Part shown: piece after piece, positions 61,373 through 64,000 of the stretch | Numbering within the stretch: position 1 is the stretch's first letter | How the letters are laid out: each line of letters starts with the position of its first letter | From: an uncultured Bifidobacteriaceae bacterium | Lineage (GTDB): Bacteria > Acidobacteriota > Vicinamibacteria > Vicinamibacterales > JAMQPK01 | Assembly: GCA_964356125.1 (NCBI GenBank) | Contig: CAYHHH010000001.1 | Span: 1,197-65,196, forward strand | Length of the DNA: 64,000 nt | Reading direction: 5' to 3' | Made by a program: the position numbers and the translations under genes | The notes under the pieces: model-generated | Database searches by the model: none | Told to the model about the DNA's origin: nothing | What the model saw: the letters and a program-made list of their open reading frames with translations, nothing else

Positions 61373-61834
61373 ATGCCCATCACTCTGACGGTCAACGGAA
61401 GCAAGCGGTCCTTCGATGGCGATCCGGAGATGCCGCTCTTGTGGTACCTCCGCGATGAGCTCGGACTCACAGGCACCAAATACGGATGCGGCGCGGGGCT
61501 GTGCGGATCGTGCACCGTCCATCGCGACGGAAAAGCCGTACGCTCGTGCCAGACGCCGATGAAAGCGCTGGCCGGCGGACAGATCACGACGATCGAAGGA
61601 TTGAGCCCGGACGGATCGCATCCGGTGCAGCAGGCGTGGATGCAGGCCAACGTGCCGCAGTGCGGGTACTGTCAATCCGGGCAGATCATGCAGGCGGTGG
61701 CATTTCTCAGAACCAGTCCGAAGCCGTCCGATCAGCAGATCGACACGGCCATGTCCGGCAACATCTGCCGTTGCGGCACCTACCAGCGCATCCGCGAAGC
61801 GATTAAGTTGGCCGCTGACGGGAGGCGCGCATGA
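61373..61834 (+). CDS. (2Fe-2S)-binding small subunit of a xanthine-dehydrogenase-family Mo hydroxylase (IorA-like)
   Basis: [12 protein letters not shown] and [10 protein letters not shown]...CRCGTY cluster motifs. Confidence 0.9.
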   Translation: MPITLTVNGSKRSFDGDPEMPLLWYLRDELGLTGTKYGCGAGLCGSCTVHRDGKAVRSCQTPMKALAGGQITTIEGLSPDGSHPVQQAWMQANVPQCGYCQSGQIMQAVAFLRTSPKPSDQQIDTAMSGNICRCGTYQRIREAIKLAADGRRA

Positions 61835-64000
61835 AGGGCATAGAGCAGAGAGCAAAGAGCACGCTCGGCCCGATCGAGAACGTGACGCGGCGGCACTTTC
61901 TCGGCGGCGTGTTGTCCGCCGGTGCGTTCGTGCTCGCGGCGCGCGTGATGCCCGAGGAGTTGTTCGCGCAGACGCCTGCGGCGCGTTCGCTGCTGAGTCA
62001 GGCCGAAAAATCGGCGTTGCGTCCGAGCATCTATCTGGGCATCGAGCCTGACGGCACGGTGTACATCGTGACGCACCGCTCGGAGATGGGCACGGGCATC
62101 AGAACGACGCTGCCGATCATTGCGGCCGATGAGCTCGACGCCGATTGGAGCAAGGTCAAGATCGAGCAGGGCATCGGCGACGTGCGGTACGGCGATCAGA
62201 ACACCGACGGCTCGAAGTCGATCCGCGATTTCTACGACGCGTTCCGTCTGGCGGGCGCGTCCGCGAGGACGATGCTCGTCTCGGCGGCGGCGGCGCAGTG
62301 GGGGGTGCCGGTATCAGAGTGCGCGGCGCGCGTGCACGAGGTCGTGCACGGGCCGAGCAATCGCCGGTTGGGTTACGGCGCGCTCGCGACCGCCGCGGGG
62401 AAGCTGCCCGTGCCTTCCGCGGCGCAAGTCCGGCTGAAGACCAGGAACGAGTGGCGATTCATCGGCAAGGACTTTCGCGCGTACGACCTGTCCGACATCG
62501 TGGCGGGCAAAGCGATGTTCGGCATGGATACGACGCGCGAGGGCATGTTGTACGCGTCGATCGAGCGTCCTCCCGTCCTTGGCGCCACGGTTCGATCGAT
62601 CGACGCCGCACAGGCATTGAAAGTGCCTGGCGTGCGGCAGACGGCGACGATCGATACCTACAAGCCGCCGCTGATGTTTCAAGCAGTCGGCGGTGTTGCG
62701 GTGCTCGGCGACAGCACGTGGGCCGTCATGCAGGGGCGGAGGCGGCTGACGGTGGACTGGGATCTCGGCCCGAACGCCGCGTTCGACTCGGAAGCGTTCA
62801 AGAAAGAGCTGATCGCGACGGTGCACCAGCCGCAGAAAGTGGTGCGCGCGGTCGGCGACGTCGACGCCGAGTTTGCGAAAGGCGGCAAGACGGTTGAAGC
62901 GACCTATTACACGCCGCTCCTCGCGCACGCGTCGATGGAGCCGCCCGTTGCCGTGGCCGACTTCCGCGACAACAAGGTGACCATCTGGGCGTCCGTGCAG
63001 AATCCGCAGGCGACGCAGGACACGGCTGCCGCAGCGCTCGGCATCCCCAAAGAAGACGTGACGGTGCACGTCACGCTGCTGGGCGGTGGCTTCGGGCGCA
63101 AGTCGAAGCCGGATTTCGCGGCGGAAGCGGCCGTGCTCTCGAAGAAAGCCGGGAAGCCCGTCAAGGTCGTCTGGACGCGCGAAGACGATCTGAAGTTCGA
63201 CTTCTATCATTCGACGGCCGCGGTGTATCACAAGGCCGTGCTTGACGGCAGCGGCAAGCCGTCAGCGTGGCTGGCGCGCTCGGCGTTTCCGCCGATCGCG
63301 TCGACGTTCGAGCACGGCGCGCGATACGCGCTCGATCTCGAGAACGGCATGGGGCTGGTCGATCTGCCGTACGAGCTGGCGAATCATCAGGTTGAAAACG
63401 GGCCGGCGAGCGCACACGTCCGCATCGGATGGTTCCGCGCGGTGGCGAACAACTATCACGTGTTCGCATCGGGCAGCTTCGTCGACGAACTGGCGCGCGC
63501 GGCGGGCCGCGATCCGCTCGAGTACCTGCTCGACCTGATCGGTCCGGGCCGCGTCATCGATTTGAAGCCGCAGCTCAGGGGCGCAGATTACTGGAACTAC
63601 GGCGCGCCGCTCGACAAATATCCGATCGACTCGCGGCGGCTGCGCCGCGTGCTCGAGGTAGCGGGGGAGCGGTCGGGGTGGGGCAAGCGCAAGGCCGGGG
63701 GCGGCTGGGGCATGGGCGTGTACGCGCACCGCAGCTTCAACACGTACGTCGCGTCGGTCGTCGAGGTCGAAGTCGACAAGGCTGGCCGCGTCCGGGTGCC
63801 GCGCGTCGTGCAGGTGTTCGACGCGGGTCTCGTGGTGAATCCGGCGGCGGCGAAGCAGCAGTTCGAGGGCGCGGCCGTGATGGGAGTCGGGCTGGCGATG
63901 CTCGGCGAGATCTCCGCTGTCGGCGGACGCGTGCAGCAGACCAACTTCAACAATTTCCAGGTCGCCCGCATGAACAGCGCGCCCGTGCAGGTGGACGTCC
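61831..64000 (+). CDS. molybdopterin-binding large subunit of a xanthine-dehydrogenase-family hydroxylase (IorB-like), 3' end outside the window
   Basis: Absent from the ORF track because no stop is reached. ATGA overlap with the small subunit. My own translation reads [20 protein letters not shown] (Tat motif)..[49 protein letters not shown]. The frame is open to nt 64000. Confidence 0.85.
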   Translation, partial: MKGIEQRAKSTLGPIENVTRRHFLGGVLSAGAFVLAARVMPEELFAQTPAARSLLSQAEKSALRPSIYLGIEPDGTVYIVTHRSEMGTGIRTTLPIIAADELDADWSKVKIEQGIGDVRYGDQNTDGSKSIRDFYDAFRLAGASARTMLVSAAAAQWGVPVSECAARVHEVVHGPSNRRLGYGALATAAGKLPVPSAAQVRLKTRNEWRFIGKDFRAYDLSDIVAGKAMFGMDTTREGMLYASIERPPVLGATVRSIDAAQALKVPGVRQTATIDTYKPPLMFQAVGGVAVLGDSTWAVMQGRRRLTVDWDLGPNAAFDSEAFKKELIATVHQPQKVVRAVGDVDAEFAKGGKTVEATYYTPLLAHASMEPPVAVADFRDNKVTIWASVQNPQATQDTAAAALGIPKEDVTVHVTLLGGGFGRKSKPDFAAEAAVLSKKAGKPVKVVWTREDDLKFDFYHSTAAVYHKAVLDGSGKPSAWLARSAFPPIASTFEHGARYALDLENGMGLVDLPYELANHQVENGPASAHVRIGWFRAVANNYHVFASGSFVDELARAAGRDPLEYLLDLIGPGRVIDLKPQLRGADYWNYGAPLDKYPIDSRRLRRVLEVAGERSGWGKRKAGGGWGMGVYAHRSFNTYVASVVEVEVDKAGRVRVPRVVQVFDAGLVVNPAAAKQQFEGAAVMGVGLAMLGEISAVGGRVQQTNFNNFQVARMNSAPVQVDV
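61842..61860. repeat. AGAGCAG/AGAGCAA heptamer segment (inside the IorB-like N-terminus)
   Basis: Identical 19-mer to 17875-17893. Confidence 0.8.

Overview
This is a 64-kb high-G+C bacterial chromosomal segment, roughly two-thirds G+C by eye (not computed). The gene content includes carboxypeptidase-regulatory-domain TonB receptors, PEGA, CHRD and TPM proteins, and glycine-rich RRM proteins. That mix suggests an Acidobacteriota-like soil bacterium, but this is inference and not a database result. I support about 67 intact-looking CDS and 4 pseudogenes or remnants. I saw no rRNA, tRNA or CRISPR array.

Gene blocks in order:
- lipA, an MBL hydrolase and an M61 peptidase
- a Cys/His-rich protein followed by two TonB-type receptors
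- modABC with a divergent HTH-TOBE regulator
- a four-helix-bundle (23S-IVS family) gene and a CHRD gene
- an operon of outer-membrane barrel, cupredoxin, histidine kinase and sigma-54 activator
- ferredoxin, nuoB and nuoI
- a TPR/aspartyl protease, a thioesterase and a zf-HC2 protein
- a large MA-peptidase/PD40/Omp85 fusion protein
- ECF sigma, anti-sigma and TlpA
- an operon of SCO1, a transglutaminase-like protein, a small protein and an EEP nuclease
- cimA-like and glcG-like genes, and two RRM RNA-binding paralogs
- lemA, mazEF and TPM
- a stand-alone LigD phosphoesterase, yggX and gdh
- a roughly 3.3-kb lower-G+C accessory islet (DUF4160/DUF2442, Doc remnant, XRE)
- a bis-MGD oxidoreductase, DUF3810, and PagL-like genes
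- a glyoxylate/glycolate cluster (garR-like, glcF, glcE, glcD, kdgT) interrupted by a decayed DUF2182/DUF1326 locus
- a GT39 glycosyltransferase and an IorAB-like Mo hydroxylase that runs off the window end

Most unusual signals:
1. Many intergenic short-period (7-9 nt) degenerate tandem arrays are arranged as palindromes. They fall into at least 9 sequence families that recur at 2-3 loci each. Two of them bracket four-helix-bundle genes in the same geometry as an rRNA intervening sequence.
2. A GTAG-headed REP-like hairpin family has copies sitting in frame inside coding genes.
3. Four well-placed sigma-54-type promoters lie next to a resident sigma-54 activator.
4. The accessory islet has an 18-nt direct repeat that duplicates the 3' end of the neighbouring Mo-enzyme gene.

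Coordinates of CDS include the stop codon. Start codons were chosen by eye and are the least certain part.
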